A stretch of DNA of 64,000 nucleotides from Bacilli bacterium. GTDB lineage: Bacteria; Bacillota_I; Bacilli_A; RF39; UBA660. Both the position numbers and the translations under genes were made by a program. Below are positions 16,892 to 26,607 of this stretch, in pieces. The stretch covers positions 14,252 to 78,251 of the forward strand of contig CAAERO010000019.1 in the NCBI GenBank assembly GCA_900758495.1, given 5' to 3'. Numbering within the stretch: the stretch's first letter is position 1; the number at the start of each line of letters is the position of its first letter. The notes under the pieces were generated by a model. That model worked only from the letters and a program-made list of their open reading frames with translations, ran no database searches and was not told the origin of the DNA.

Positions 16892-16910
16892 CTATTTAAT
16901 TATCAAAATT

Positions 16911-17159
16911 ATGAGAACCATTAAACAAATAAAAGCTCGTAAGAGGAACTTTACAATTATGTATCTTACTGGTGTATTAACAATGCTTAATTACATCGAT
17001 AAGCAAATGAGAAATTATGTATTAAAAGGTGCTTTAAACAGTACACGAATTAGCATAGAGTACTTACTAATTCTCATTAAAGAAACAAATTATGAAGATT
17101 CCTTTTATGGTGAAACTCAAAAAGATGTAAAGTATGAGTGTAAAGAAAGCAATCAATGA
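16911..17159 (+). CDS. Hypothetical protein (82 aa)
   Basis: Intact ORF with the TTATCAAAATT-ATG start context. Confidence 0.6.
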   Translation: MRTIKQIKARKRNFTIMYLTGVLTMLNYIDKQMRNYVLKGALNSTRISIEYLLILIKETNYEDSFYGETQKDVKYECKESNQ

Positions 17160-17418
17160 CATCCTACCTCAAGAGTGGGATTATGTTCTTAGAAAGAACA
17201 AAGTTCTAACAAGAGTAATAGATTTAATCTATGAAAATTGTATACCTCAAAGCTGGCGTAACAATAGAATGCATAAGCGTTCTGTTGAACGCATAAGACA
17301 TCTAATTCGCAATTGTCCTTTTATAGATTGCTTTGATGCAAGAGCAACTAGTGAAGGATACGATTTTTGGAAAAGAATTGATTTAGAAATTATAAATTAT
17401 AAAGAACAATGTCGGTAA
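17134..17418 (+). CDS. Hypothetical protein (94 aa)
   Basis: Intact ORF overlapping the previous gene by 26 nt. Confidence 0.55.
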   Translation: MSVKKAINDILPQEWDYVLRKNKVLTRVIDLIYENCIPQSWRNNRMHKRSVERIRHLIRNCPFIDCFDARATSEGYDFWKRIDLEIINYKEQCR

Positions 17419-17600
17419 AGAAAATTGAAATTGTTCCTTGGGTAAAGTTTAACGCTCAAGGAGTCAAAGACGAATTAGAAGCTTTAGCTCAGTCTTGTAT
17501 CAGTAAAATGGATTTTCTTTCTCAGATTAAGGATAAATATGAACTTTCTTTATCTGATGCAAAGGTAGTAGCAGACAAATTTTTCAAAAAGGAGGAATAA
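17409..17600 (+). CDS. Hypothetical protein (63 aa)
   Basis: Intact ORF within operon-like packing. Confidence 0.55.
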   Translation: MSVKKIEIVPWVKFNAQGVKDELEALAQSCISKMDFLSQIKDKYELSLSDAKVVADKFFKKEE

Positions 17601-17603
17601 AAT

Positions 17604-18062
17604 ATGTTAGAACTTAAAAAACCAGGCTTATATATAGCCAATGGAAAGAACATTAGTGTTCTAGTGAGAATTGCAGGCACTGCGCCATGTTTGGTTGCTG
17701 TCAGAGGTATTTTACTGAATGACATGCAAAAAGACGGTACTATCACAGTACTAGAAAAAGACAGTCTTGAACTACAAGACATCGTAGCTAATCCGAAGTC
17801 ATATGTATTTGACTATCCCTCTGTAAGTGAGGCAGTCAAAAATGCATTAGGCTTAGAGGCTACTGAGAGAACTAAGATTGAGTATACGGAACAAGAGTTT
17901 AACGATTTCATTCAGGCTTATAAGAACAACAGAAAGATGTTCCCTGAAGATTATATTGTGAAAACTCAAGTTGTATTCATTAACAAAGGTTTCTCAAAAT
18001 CTCAGGCAGATATGATTATTGCTCAAATTGAAACAAGGTTAAGGCTTCAAGGAGAGTTGTAA
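17604..18062 (+). CDS. Hypothetical protein (152 aa)
   Basis: Intact ORF. Confidence 0.65.
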   Translation: MLELKKPGLYIANGKNISVLVRIAGTAPCLVAVRGILLNDMQKDGTITVLEKDSLELQDIVANPKSYVFDYPSVSEAVKNALGLEATERTKIEYTEQEFNDFIQAYKNNRKMFPEDYIVKTQVVFINKGFSKSQADMIIAQIETRLRLQGEL

Positions 18063-18063
18063 T

Positions 18064-18546
18064 ATGAATGTCATTGAGTATTTGCAAGATAAATTGGAGC
18101 CTGAATATAGGTTCTATTCAAGTACGTTACCTATAGTAACTACACCTGATATGCCTGTACCATTTATAATAAATGAAAAGGTATATGGATGTGGTAAATT
18201 TAACATAGGTTCTACCTGGTATAAGTTAGTAAAAGATAATTCTATAGAAGGTGCAATATTCTATGGATTACCTAATGCTCTTATTACTAGGATTAAACAT
18301 CCAGAAATAGCTACTATAGCTAAAAGAGTTCAAAGTAAGATATTAAATGTTATGATTACTGATATTCATAACTCAAACTCTAAAACAGAGTTAGTACAGT
18401 TAAGAATTGCGGTAAACATGATTATGAATTTAACTTATCTTGATTCCGATAAAAGACTAGAATGGTCTAATTGGATAAAAGAACTCTATTGGAAAAGAAA
18501 AGCTGTAATTAATCAATATATATTGGATTACATCCTTCCTTTCTGA
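18064..18546 (+). CDS. Hypothetical protein (160 aa)
   Basis: Intact ORF, 1 nt after the previous stop. Confidence 0.65.
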   Translation: MNVIEYLQDKLEPEYRFYSSTLPIVTTPDMPVPFIINEKVYGCGKFNIGSTWYKLVKDNSIEGAIFYGLPNALITRIKHPEIATIAKRVQSKILNVMITDIHNSNSKTELVQLRIAVNMIMNLTYLDSDKRLEWSNWIKELYWKRKAVINQYILDYILPF

Positions 18547-18551
18547 TCCTA

Positions 18552-18581
18552 GGATTACGGCTATTGAGTTAGCCGTAGTCC
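18552..18581 (+). promoter_or_regulatory. Strong 12-bp hairpin immediately upstream of the sigma-factor gene
   Basis: GGATTACGGCTA (18552-18563) pairs with TAGCCGTAGTCC (18570-18581), including one G.T pair. The loop is TTGAGT and no T-run follows. Confidence 0.5.
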
Positions 18582-18599
18582 ACTAAAAATCTAGCTACT

Positions 18600-19148
18600 A
18601 TGAAAGAAGAAGAAAAGCTTCTTGTAGAGCAAGCTAGAGAAGGTTCCGAAAAAGCTTTTAATACACTTTATAATAACTATTATAAAACAGTCTGGTATAC
18701 TGCTAACAATGTAGTACATAATTCAGATGCAGCAGATGATATAACATCTATGGTATTTACTAAAGTATATTTAAAGTTACAATCTTATACTAATCATATT
18801 TCATTTGAAATGTGGTTAAAGACAATTACAGTTAATACTGCAATTGACTATATAAGACGGAATAAAAAAGAGCAGTTAAATAACTATATTGATGATGAGG
18901 AGTCAAAGATTCAATTAAGCGGATTAGAACACAGTCCAGAAGATGATATGATATTTCAACAGAATATTAATATTGTTATGGAATGTATTCCTCGTCTTAA
19001 GAAAAAGTATAGAGATTTAATATATGCTCGACTTGATGGGAAATCCTATCAGCAAATTTCACAAGAGCTTGCCATACCAGAAGCAACAGTTAAAACCTGT
19101 TTAAATAAGGCAAGACAAAGACTAAAACAATTATTTAACCAATATTAA
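18600..19148 (+). CDS. ECF-type (group 4) sigma-70 family RNA polymerase sigma factor
   Basis: Region 2: AFNTLYNNYYKTVWYTANNVVHNSDAADDITSMVFTKVYLKL and SFEMWLKTITVNTAIDYIRRNKK. Region 4: LKKKYRDLIYARLDGKSYQQISQELAIPEATVKTCLNKARQRLKQL. Confidence 0.85.
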   Translation: MKEEEKLLVEQAREGSEKAFNTLYNNYYKTVWYTANNVVHNSDAADDITSMVFTKVYLKLQSYTNHISFEMWLKTITVNTAIDYIRRNKKEQLNNYIDDEESKIQLSGLEHSPEDDMIFQQNINIVMECIPRLKKKYRDLIYARLDGKSYQQISQELAIPEATVKTCLNKARQRLKQLFNQY

Positions 19149-19164
19149 CCAATACTTACAAATT

Positions 19165-19524
19165 ATGGCAAATTCATTTGGTCTATTGCTTGCTGCAATA
19201 GTGATATGTTTCATCATCGCAAGATTGATGAAAGATGCCAAAGCCTTTTCTAGATTAATGGCCATTCTAGTAATAGGCTTACTTGTAGGTGCAGGAGTTA
19301 AAGAAGTATATAAGGAATGTACTTCTACTCCTGAGAAAGCTGCAGTGGCTACTGTAGAATCAGCCCCCACGTATAGTAGTAATACACCCGTTGTTTGGAA
19401 TGTATTACCTTGCAATCAGGACTATACGAGTAAGGAAAACAAGGCTGAACGTGACAGTACAGTAACTGAAGCAGAAGGATTACCTACAGCGAGAACTGAA
19501 AGTAAATTTATAGATGACTCGTGA
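19165..19524 (+). CDS. Membrane protein (119 aa) directly downstream of the sigma factor; possible anti-sigma partner
   Basis: Two hydrophobic helices (LLLAAIVICFIIARL, LMAILVIGLLVGAGV). The position is typical of anti-sigma genes, but no sequence evidence supports that role. Confidence 0.5.
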   Translation: MANSFGLLLAAIVICFIIARLMKDAKAFSRLMAILVIGLLVGAGVKEVYKECTSTPEKAAVATVESAPTYSSNTPVVWNVLPCNQDYTSKENKAERDSTVTEAEGLPTARTESKFIDDS

Positions 19525-19612
19525 CTGCAGAGATTACATCTCAGAGTTAATTTATTTTATTTACAAGTATATAACCTATTAACTTATAGCGAAGGAGCGC
19601 TACATTATCAAA

Positions 19613-20950
19613 ATGGCAAAAGTTAGTAAAAAAGCTGAGAAATTAGCTAAGAAAAATAAGGCAAAGGTTGAGGAACCGTCAAAGACTCAAGATACTGTAG
19701 CTACTACAGTAGAAGCGCCGAAACCTGATAAAAAGCCTGCGGAAGTAGTGGAAAACAAAGAAACCAAAGATAAACCGCAGGTTAAGGACGAAAAGACCAA
19801 GACCGAAGGGGAAGTTATTGTTCCTGAAGTAGTAAAACCGGAAAGTGTTGCTATCACAACATCTACCTCATTGGGTGGAATGCTTGGTAGTGATGGCTCT
19901 AAGGACCGCATTGACAAGAATCATGCGATTGAGCTTATGGGCATTATTCGGAACGAGTATTTGACTAACCCAGAAACTCCTGAAAAGGTAAAAAAAGCAA
20001 TGAAACGTCAGTTTGACGTTATGACATCTGTTGCTTTAGTACAGTATTTCACTCAGCTTGAAGGCGACTTCCAGACTATGGGAGTACGTATTAATGCCGA
20101 AATGCGTGAACAAGCAGAACGCGTTCTTGGTGAATACCTTGGCATTAAGGTGAAGTATATGCAGGCAAATGATAATTCTCGTCAGTTAGTACTTGAGTTC
20201 AAGGAAGTGCCTGAGGAAGTGAAGGAAAACGCTAGAAAGGATGCAGCTGCAGCTAAGGAAGAAATTCCTGAACCAGATCCTAATATGCCAGCTGCAGATA
20301 AGTTGAAAGCTCTCCGTACTATTTTCTCACAGAAAGAAGGTATCGGAAAGAACTTCCTTCAAGGTATTGAATGGGGACGTAAGGCATTCTCATTCAGTAA
20401 AGAAGAAAAGAAGGCCGTTGTGCTTGCAAATCTCATTAAGAGTGGAGCAGATGCAACACTGCTTACCTGCATAAAAGGTATGGTAGGAGGCAAGTTGAAT
20501 ACTGAGCATAGCATTCTTGGTGCACATGCCTTGTTGAAGGGCTGGTGTCCGAGTGTTAGTGATGCAGAAATTGCAGAACTTATTCAGGTAATCGTTTCAA
20601 TCAATTCTGAAAAGAAATTGAAGGAATGGAACGAGAGAGCCGGTGACAATCTCAAAACAACCTTAGAGAAAGAACTCAGTGCCGTTACTCTCAATATTCT
20701 TACTGCAAACGCAGATAAGGCTATTGATGCTATCCTGAAAGGAAAAGATGATGAAGTAACTGTTATGAATGCTGATCAGAACGGCTTTGTAACTATTCAT
20801 CCATCTGCTATTTACAAGACACTTGTTTCTACATATGGCGATTCTCCAAGTATCCTCAAGGATAAAGTCGCAGAACTTGTCAAATATTATGCGAAACCTA
20901 TCGCAAGGTTTGCAGATTATGTAGACAAAAGTGCCTATTCCGACAAATAA
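19613..20950 (+). CDS. Hypothetical protein (445 aa) with a Lys/Glu/Pro-rich N-terminal region of about 90 aa
   Basis: Long intact ORF, visibly GC-richer than its neighbours, with the TTATCAAA-ATG start context. Confidence 0.75.
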   Translation: MAKVSKKAEKLAKKNKAKVEEPSKTQDTVATTVEAPKPDKKPAEVVENKETKDKPQVKDEKTKTEGEVIVPEVVKPESVAITTSTSLGGMLGSDGSKDRIDKNHAIELMGIIRNEYLTNPETPEKVKKAMKRQFDVMTSVALVQYFTQLEGDFQTMGVRINAEMREQAERVLGEYLGIKVKYMQANDNSRQLVLEFKEVPEEVKENARKDAAAAKEEIPEPDPNMPAADKLKALRTIFSQKEGIGKNFLQGIEWGRKAFSFSKEEKKAVVLANLIKSGADATLLTCIKGMVGGKLNTEHSILGAHALLKGWCPSVSDAEIAELIQVIVSINSEKKLKEWNERAGDNLKTTLEKELSAVTLNILTANADKAIDAILKGKDDEVTVMNADQNGFVTIHPSAIYKTLVSTYGDSPSILKDKVAELVKYYAKPIARFADYVDKSAYSDK

Positions 20951-20955
20951 TCAAT

Positions 20956-21336
20956 ATGAAACGGATTAATTTGTGGATCACACTATTCGTAGTGTGTCTT
21001 GGAGGATTTATTGGATTTGATCCAAATTCTCCGTCTCAAACTTTAGATGCAAGTCAGACTATGATTCGTTGGGTAGACGTACCTAAAACACCAGTAGACG
21101 TACTTGGTTTGAATTCTAAGTCTATCAATATCAATCTTAAGGATGAGACTGTATCTGTTGACGGTGACGTCAATAATACTTCTGTGACAATTACAAGGGA
21201 CGTTGAAACACTCCCGGAGTTTAAAACCAAGGTAATTGAAAAGGTAATTTATTTACCTGAAGACATTGCCTATAGAACTAAGTTTTTTAACAGGTTAATG
21301 CCTATTAATAAAACTTTACCAGTTAAAAACTGGTAA
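20956..21336 (+). CDS. Secreted or membrane-anchored hypothetical protein (126 aa)
   Basis: N-terminal signal-like segment MKRINLWITLFVVCLGGFIGF. Confidence 0.65.
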   Translation: MKRINLWITLFVVCLGGFIGFDPNSPSQTLDASQTMIRWVDVPKTPVDVLGLNSKSININLKDETVSVDGDVNNTSVTITRDVETLPEFKTKVIEKVIYLPEDIAYRTKFFNRLMPINKTLPVKNW

Positions 21337-23297
21337 TCTGCCGAAGATAAACGCAGACCGCTAATAGAGATGCACAAGCGGTATATAAGAGCTATAAGTG
21401 TAAAAATTCATTACTTGAGCCTGACTAAGCCGTGTGATGTGAGCAATACAGGATACTGAAATGTATAAGTAATAGCAAACACTATTCTATTTATACTATA
21501 GTATGATAACTTGTTGTGTTATAAAATTGTTCTATAACTGAAGAAGCAACAAGAAAATGGGAGAGCGTGCGTAACCCGTAAGTGAGAACCGACTGGTGAC
21601 TAAAAGACGCAGATGTGGAAGGAGCAGCTATCGCATCTAAACAAGGCAAAGGGGTATCGTTCACCTCTATACATATCCGTTTTAGCTATTTCAAAAGCAG
21701 AATCACGAAGGGATGTGAACACGTGCTGTATGTTGTCATTTAAATCTGAATCGACTAGCATTCTAGGGTAGTCTCCAAAACTCCCCTGTGCAGGGCGGTA
21801 ACCAATCCGTTGGCCAAAGAATACTAACCTAGTGTTTTACATATATTTAAAATCTTCACTCGTATCGAAGCGCATGATTCAATTGGGAATGGACATTATT
21901 TGTCTAAATATATGTATATAAAGGGGTAAATTATATAATAATGAGCAGAAATTGAGACAAGACATGGCTGAGTAGCAATGATCCATATAGAACTTCATTT
22001 GTATTGAAGCTATATGACTGATTAACTGGATTAGGTGCAAAACCTATACGCAATACAGTGAACGTAAGAGTTAGCTGTTTGGGAGAAATCCCTATGGAAA
22101 GTAAATTGCGTGTCTTACAGCTTGAGATATTTCATATATAGTTGCAATTACTATACTGTTTATGACAAATAAGCAGAATGAAGTTAAGGTTATTATATAA
22201 TAAAGTGACTTGTCAGTAATGTCACTATAAAATCTAACGTGCTTTGCACTGGAGTATAAACTGACTAGCGCCTGAAGTCCGCAATAAGACTATTGGTTGA
22301 TAGATATAGGATTAGTATAAATATATCTATTTCGAAAGAAAAGGGAGTGGGCCAGGACCACTATTAAAACTTGGAAAGTTGAAGTAAGGTTACTTTAGTA
22401 CTAAGGTTTGCTATAAATAATTTGGTAAGAGCTATGCACTCCAGCATAGAGCAGGATCTTACAAAGCATCCTAGAGGCCGACACGAAGCAGAGTGGAAGT
22501 AGTCTGTGTATTGCCTTAATAAGCAGCTTGCATATTAAAGAGAATATGAAGAAGGTAAGACTTATTAATGAGTGCCTACGCTGAATCGAACAGCTATAAC
22601 AAATAAGGAGAGTGTCAATATGTTCAACTTAAAAACAATAGGGAAGTTCAATGGTAGTAAGTTTGACAAGCTTACAAGCCACCCCGCTATCGAAGAACCT
22701 TGCTACATGAAATTTCGTAAAGTAATATGCGCAACATATTACCTAAGAAGATCGCTGAAACGATGCTTTAGTACCTCTCATTAGGGTATGTCGTTGAATG
22801 GTTGGAAATACCATGAGGTGAAGTAGTAACCCGAGATTTGTCGCAATGTCGGAAGTGAATTTGTCCGGAAGTGGGTGTCTTGAAAAATTAGACAGCTTTT
22901 GTAACAGTGTTTTAGTAACGTTTCTCAACAGAAACGACCCTCATTCGCTAGGTCCTATTTAGGATAAGAATGTTGTAATAGCTTATATGCCTGTAGACAT
23001 ACCAGTTGTCGATGATAGGCCCTGTATATTATACTAGTACAATACTTATGCTAGATTATATGATATATGGTACGGCGTTTTCGTATTGAAAGTTCAGCTT
23101 AACGTAAAAAAGGTCTGAATGAATAAGCAAGAGTTGATAGACTTTTTGTAAACAAATAATTCTATCTATAAACATACAGAGTATTTTTATAAATTGACAT
23201 ATTTTAATCGTTTAAGTGAAAGTAGATAGCAGAAGAACAGTTGACTCATACGTCTTATGAGTAAAGTCCTACGGGGAATACTGAGTATGAAGAATCA

Positions 23298-23437
23298 AGT
23301 AAATTACAGATTTTATCAGACATTAACAGATTTACAAGTAAACTTCAGAATATGCAATAGCATTACGATCTAGTAAGTGAGTTCTACTATACTTATACAC
23401 ATTAACAGTAAATTACAGATTTTATCAGACATTAACA
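23298..23437. repeat. Two identical 31-nt direct repeats 109 nt apart
   Basis: AGTAAATTACAGATTTTATCAGACATTAACA at 23298-23328 and 23407-23437. The core ACAGATTTTATC recurs at about 34750-34761. Confidence 0.85.
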
Positions 23438-23626
23438 ATTCGTCGTATTACTGAATACATTATTGAGATTAATTAACCTCTTTCAAAGCTTTATTAAAGC
23501 GGCTCTAAGAGACTGAGCAGGTTAGCAGAATAAGAGTAATACGCTAAATTTAAAAATTAGTATTAACAAAAAAATGATTGTATCTCGCTAAGAAATCAAT
23601 CTTAAAATCAAGTAGGAGATATTAAA

Positions 23627-24184
23627 ATGGAAAAAGCAACTATTAACGGTGCTATGATTGCTCCGTATCGGGCAGAGTTAGAAACTTGGAATCTTATTGG
23701 TAAGAAGATTCTGACAGTAAAAGCAGAACCGGCTGATTTGGAATATAATGACAAAGTTCGGGCAAATGAACTTCGTCTTGTTCGGCCGATTATGAAGTAT
23801 GTAATCGAAGAAATTGACATTACGGGTAGTCGTATAACTTGTCTTCCTGACGGCTGTACGCCGGTCATTGAATTGAACAATGATCCGTCTTTGCAGTTCA
23901 AAATTGGACCCGCCAAGTTCAATGAAGTAAACAATGAAACTATCGCTCAGGCTATTGAGTTCAATAGTAAACCGACTACAACTGGTCGTGCTCCAATCTT
24001 CTTTACTGATTATCTGAAGTTGACTGAACATGTCAACCGTCTGAACGGCTTCGAGATGGAAAAGGCTGATCAGATTGCAGAAGAGATGTTAAATCTCTCC
24101 AAGATGCTGAAGGAACTTAACAATCTTCAGGCTTCTAACTGTGATCGTTATTATGACGAGCTCGGTACTCCGATTAAAAAATAA
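23627..24184 (+). CDS. Hypothetical protein (185 aa)
   Basis: Intact ORF, GC-richer than average for the window. Confidence 0.7.
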   Translation: MEKATINGAMIAPYRAELETWNLIGKKILTVKAEPADLEYNDKVRANELRLVRPIMKYVIEEIDITGSRITCLPDGCTPVIELNNDPSLQFKIGPAKFNEVNNETIAQAIEFNSKPTTTGRAPIFFTDYLKLTEHVNRLNGFEMEKADQIAEEMLNLSKMLKELNNLQASNCDRYYDELGTPIKK

Positions 24185-24203
24185 CGAAAAGTTCTCGTAA
24201 AGG

Positions 24204-24719
24204 ATGAAAATACTTTCTGATTCTAAGAAATTATTACTTGAACTCCTTTTGAAAGATACTCGTATTAGTAGTGAAATTCTTCTTAATGGAGAAATTCCTG
24301 AGTCTATTAAGGTTCATGACGATGGGTCAGTAACCTTTTATAGAAGTAGACAGCATTGGTGGAGTTGGCTGTTTCAGGATAAAAAAACTTACGAGTTTCG
24401 GGAGTTGAGTACAATGATGCTTGCAGCTTATAGCAAGTATCTACCGCCAAATAAGTATCTCAATAACATTCTTACTCAGAAAGTTATTGAAGAAGCTTAT
24501 AAGACTCATGATTATGAGTCAGTTATCAATCGATTTGCTTTGTATGCTTTTCTAGGTGTAACAGAAGGGGATTACAAAATTAGTAAAACTATGCTGATAG
24601 ACGATGATCCACAGCAACAGCAAAAAAATGCGCGTGGACAAAAAATAGGCTCATGTATTGGCTATCTTAATTTAGGTGGTGGAGACATGGCAATCAATAT
24701 TAATCTCATAGAAGATTAA
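24204..24719 (+). CDS. Hypothetical protein (171 aa)
   Basis: Intact ORF. Confidence 0.7.
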   Translation: MKILSDSKKLLLELLLKDTRISSEILLNGEIPESIKVHDDGSVTFYRSRQHWWSWLFQDKKTYEFRELSTMMLAAYSKYLPPNKYLNNILTQKVIEEAYKTHDYESVINRFALYAFLGVTEGDYKISKTMLIDDDPQQQQKNARGQKIGSCIGYLNLGGGDMAININLIED

Positions 24720-24883
24720 TTATTCATGAATAAGTATTAGCAGATGTACGCTCATTCCATGCTTAGAATTGAATAGACTCATCAAAAGAGTATTTAGTAG
24801 ATATGTAAAGACTATAGTAAATAGATGTAAATGTTATTAAAGTAATTATGTATCGAATAAGAAATGGAGATGTTTATATAAAA

Positions 24884-24927
24884 CCACAAGAGCCCAAGAT
24901 GATGGGTCAGGGCTTCTTGGTTTTTTT
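24884..24927 (+). terminator. Probable intrinsic terminator
   Basis: Imperfect hairpin (..GAGCCC / GGGCTC-like core, CCA/TGG outer pairs) followed by T7 at 24921-24927. Confidence 0.55.
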
Positions 24928-25076
24928 ATCTGCTAGTAGATAATGACCGTAAGGTTAATAAGGCAAGCTTGAAATAATTAGAGCTACTCTTTCGATAGAG
25001 CTACTAGCACTACAGGTAAGCGATTTCTAATATACGTTATTTTAATCAAGTATTAACTTTTTAAAAATCAACATAT

Positions 25077-25601
25077 ATGACAAGATCAATTACAACAAAT
25101 ATTAAGCCAAACATACTCATTACAAAACGTGATAAATTAACTGCAGAGATTACTCGTAGCTGGCGAATTATAGCTACAGAGAATGTAGTTAAAAAAGGTT
25201 TTACTCGTAATTATGATTTACGAGCATTACTAACTCATATTCGTGCTATGTACGAAGAGCTAGTAATTCTTAAGTTACGAATCCAGTGTGCTAATATGGG
25301 AATGAAGTTTAAAGATCTTCCTAAGGATGCTAACATTATTAACATTTATAAGCTATCAGCTTTAAATGAATTCTATGTTAAGCTAGGTGAAATGGCTAAA
25401 GAGCATACAATTAATCCTGTGCTTAAGGCTAAAAAAGGAAAACGTAATTTAGGTATTACTGAAGAACTTACACGTACATATTTCCGTAATATGCAAAATG
25501 GGTGTTTGTTAACATTGAATAGTTTGCGTAAAGCAATTGCTGATTTCAATGACAATACAGATTTAAGTGATGATTCTGCACCTTTGTATTTAGTAGCATA
25601 A
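25077..25601 (+). CDS. Hypothetical protein (174 aa)
   Basis: Intact ORF followed by a terminator. Confidence 0.7.
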   Translation: MTRSITTNIKPNILITKRDKLTAEITRSWRIIATENVVKKGFTRNYDLRALLTHIRAMYEELVILKLRIQCANMGMKFKDLPKDANIINIYKLSALNEFYVKLGEMAKEHTINPVLKAKKGKRNLGITEELTRTYFRNMQNGCLLTLNSLRKAIADFNDNTDLSDDSAPLYLVA

Positions 25602-25647
25602 CATTACTTTTATTGTTTTCATAAAAGTTTTAAAAATTAATGAGCAA

Positions 25648-25676
25648 AAGGAGTAGTAGAAATATTACTCCTTTTT
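25648..25676 (+). terminator. Intrinsic terminator
   Basis: AAGGAGTA (25648-25655) pairs with TACTCCTT (25666-25673), followed by a T-run. Confidence 0.75.
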
Positions 25677-25692
25677 ATAAAATATTACAACT

Positions 25693-26379
25693 ATGAATAA
25701 GACTGATCAACAGAAAAATAATACATATATAGACTACTGGACAAAAACCGGTAAGTCTTCTAAAGAAGCTAATCAATCTATTAAGATTGCAAAGACTGTA
25801 ACTTATACAGATAAAAGTGGTACAAAACGTACTCGAACTACATTTCAACATCCTATTTTAAAGGATATTACGTTTAGTAAACCGCATATTAGAAATAGCG
25901 GTCTTACTGAGGAAGAGAAGAAGGAACGCTTTGACAAAGCTCCTTTCAGTGACTATCATGACAAACTGATTAACTCTACTTATAGTAGAGAGAACCGTAT
26001 AGCTAAACAGCAAATGCTAAAGGCTATTCATGATGAGAAAATACAGAGTATTATGTTTAAGAAAGCAACGCATAAACTTGCCGTAACTAAATATAACCAA
26101 GGAGATTGTCCTAATTTATTAGTAGTAAAATTATATGATAGTAATAATCTACCATATGATTTTAGTAGTACACCATCTCGACTCAGTTTAGAGGAACTTC
26201 GCAAGAAAGCTGAAACTATGAACTTAGAATTCAGCAAGTCAATACGAAACTATGCTGGAATTGAAATTTGGGAAAAATCAGAATATATGAAGAAATATAA
26301 TGGCGGAAACTATCGTTTCTGTATATTCCGAGAAAAACAAGACAGTAAATCAGAAAAAGAAACCAAATTAGCAGCATAA
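25693..26379 (+). CDS. Hypothetical protein (228 aa)
   Basis: Intact ORF. Confidence 0.7.
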   Translation: MNKTDQQKNNTYIDYWTKTGKSSKEANQSIKIAKTVTYTDKSGTKRTRTTFQHPILKDITFSKPHIRNSGLTEEEKKERFDKAPFSDYHDKLINSTYSRENRIAKQQMLKAIHDEKIQSIMFKKATHKLAVTKYNQGDCPNLLVVKLYDSNNLPYDFSSTPSRLSLEELRKKAETMNLEFSKSIRNYAGIEIWEKSEYMKKYNGGNYRFCIFREKQDSKSEKETKLAA

Positions 26380-26603
26380 TGGATGAAATTACAGCATTAG
26401 ACATTATCAGTATTAAGCGAGAAGCAGCAAAACTTATTCGAGTAAATACTGAAATACGTGAAGGGCAAGCTATATACATAGCAGCTCAGAAAATGTTCCC
26501 TAAAGCAGTTGATAAGTTGAAACATACTAAGGTTGATTGCTTCTATGAAGATTCTAGAATAGATTCGTTTCTACTAGAGTTACAGAAATTAAACAATAAT
26601 TAA
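26379..26603 (+). CDS. Hypothetical protein (74 aa)
   Basis: Intact ORF with TAATG overlap to the previous gene. Confidence 0.6.
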   Translation: MDEITALDIISIKREAAKLIRVNTEIREGQAIYIAAQKMFPKAVDKLKHTKVDCFYEDSRIDSFLLELQKLNNN

Positions 26604-26607
26604 AGCC

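Noticed and set aside
19525-19560. Terminator after the membrane-protein gene
   Set aside because: There is only a 5-bp GAGAT/ATCTC stem with an interrupted T-run, which is too weak to call.
22572-22928. Track ORFs 22572..22784 (+) and 22743..22928 (-) as genes
   Set aside because: They are short, mutually overlapping, begin at non-ATG codons and sit inside a hairpin-rich island. Their amino-acid composition looks random.
23298-23437. CRISPR array
   Set aside because: There are only two repeat copies, a 78-nt spacer with partial repeat words, and no further units or cas genes.
8679-23626. Group I or group II introns explaining the ORF-free islands
   Set aside because: The flanking ORFs are not halves of one gene. 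I see no group II 5' GUGYG / domain V signature and cannot recognise a group I core by eye. The only homing endonuclease (35907) is free-standing elsewhere.
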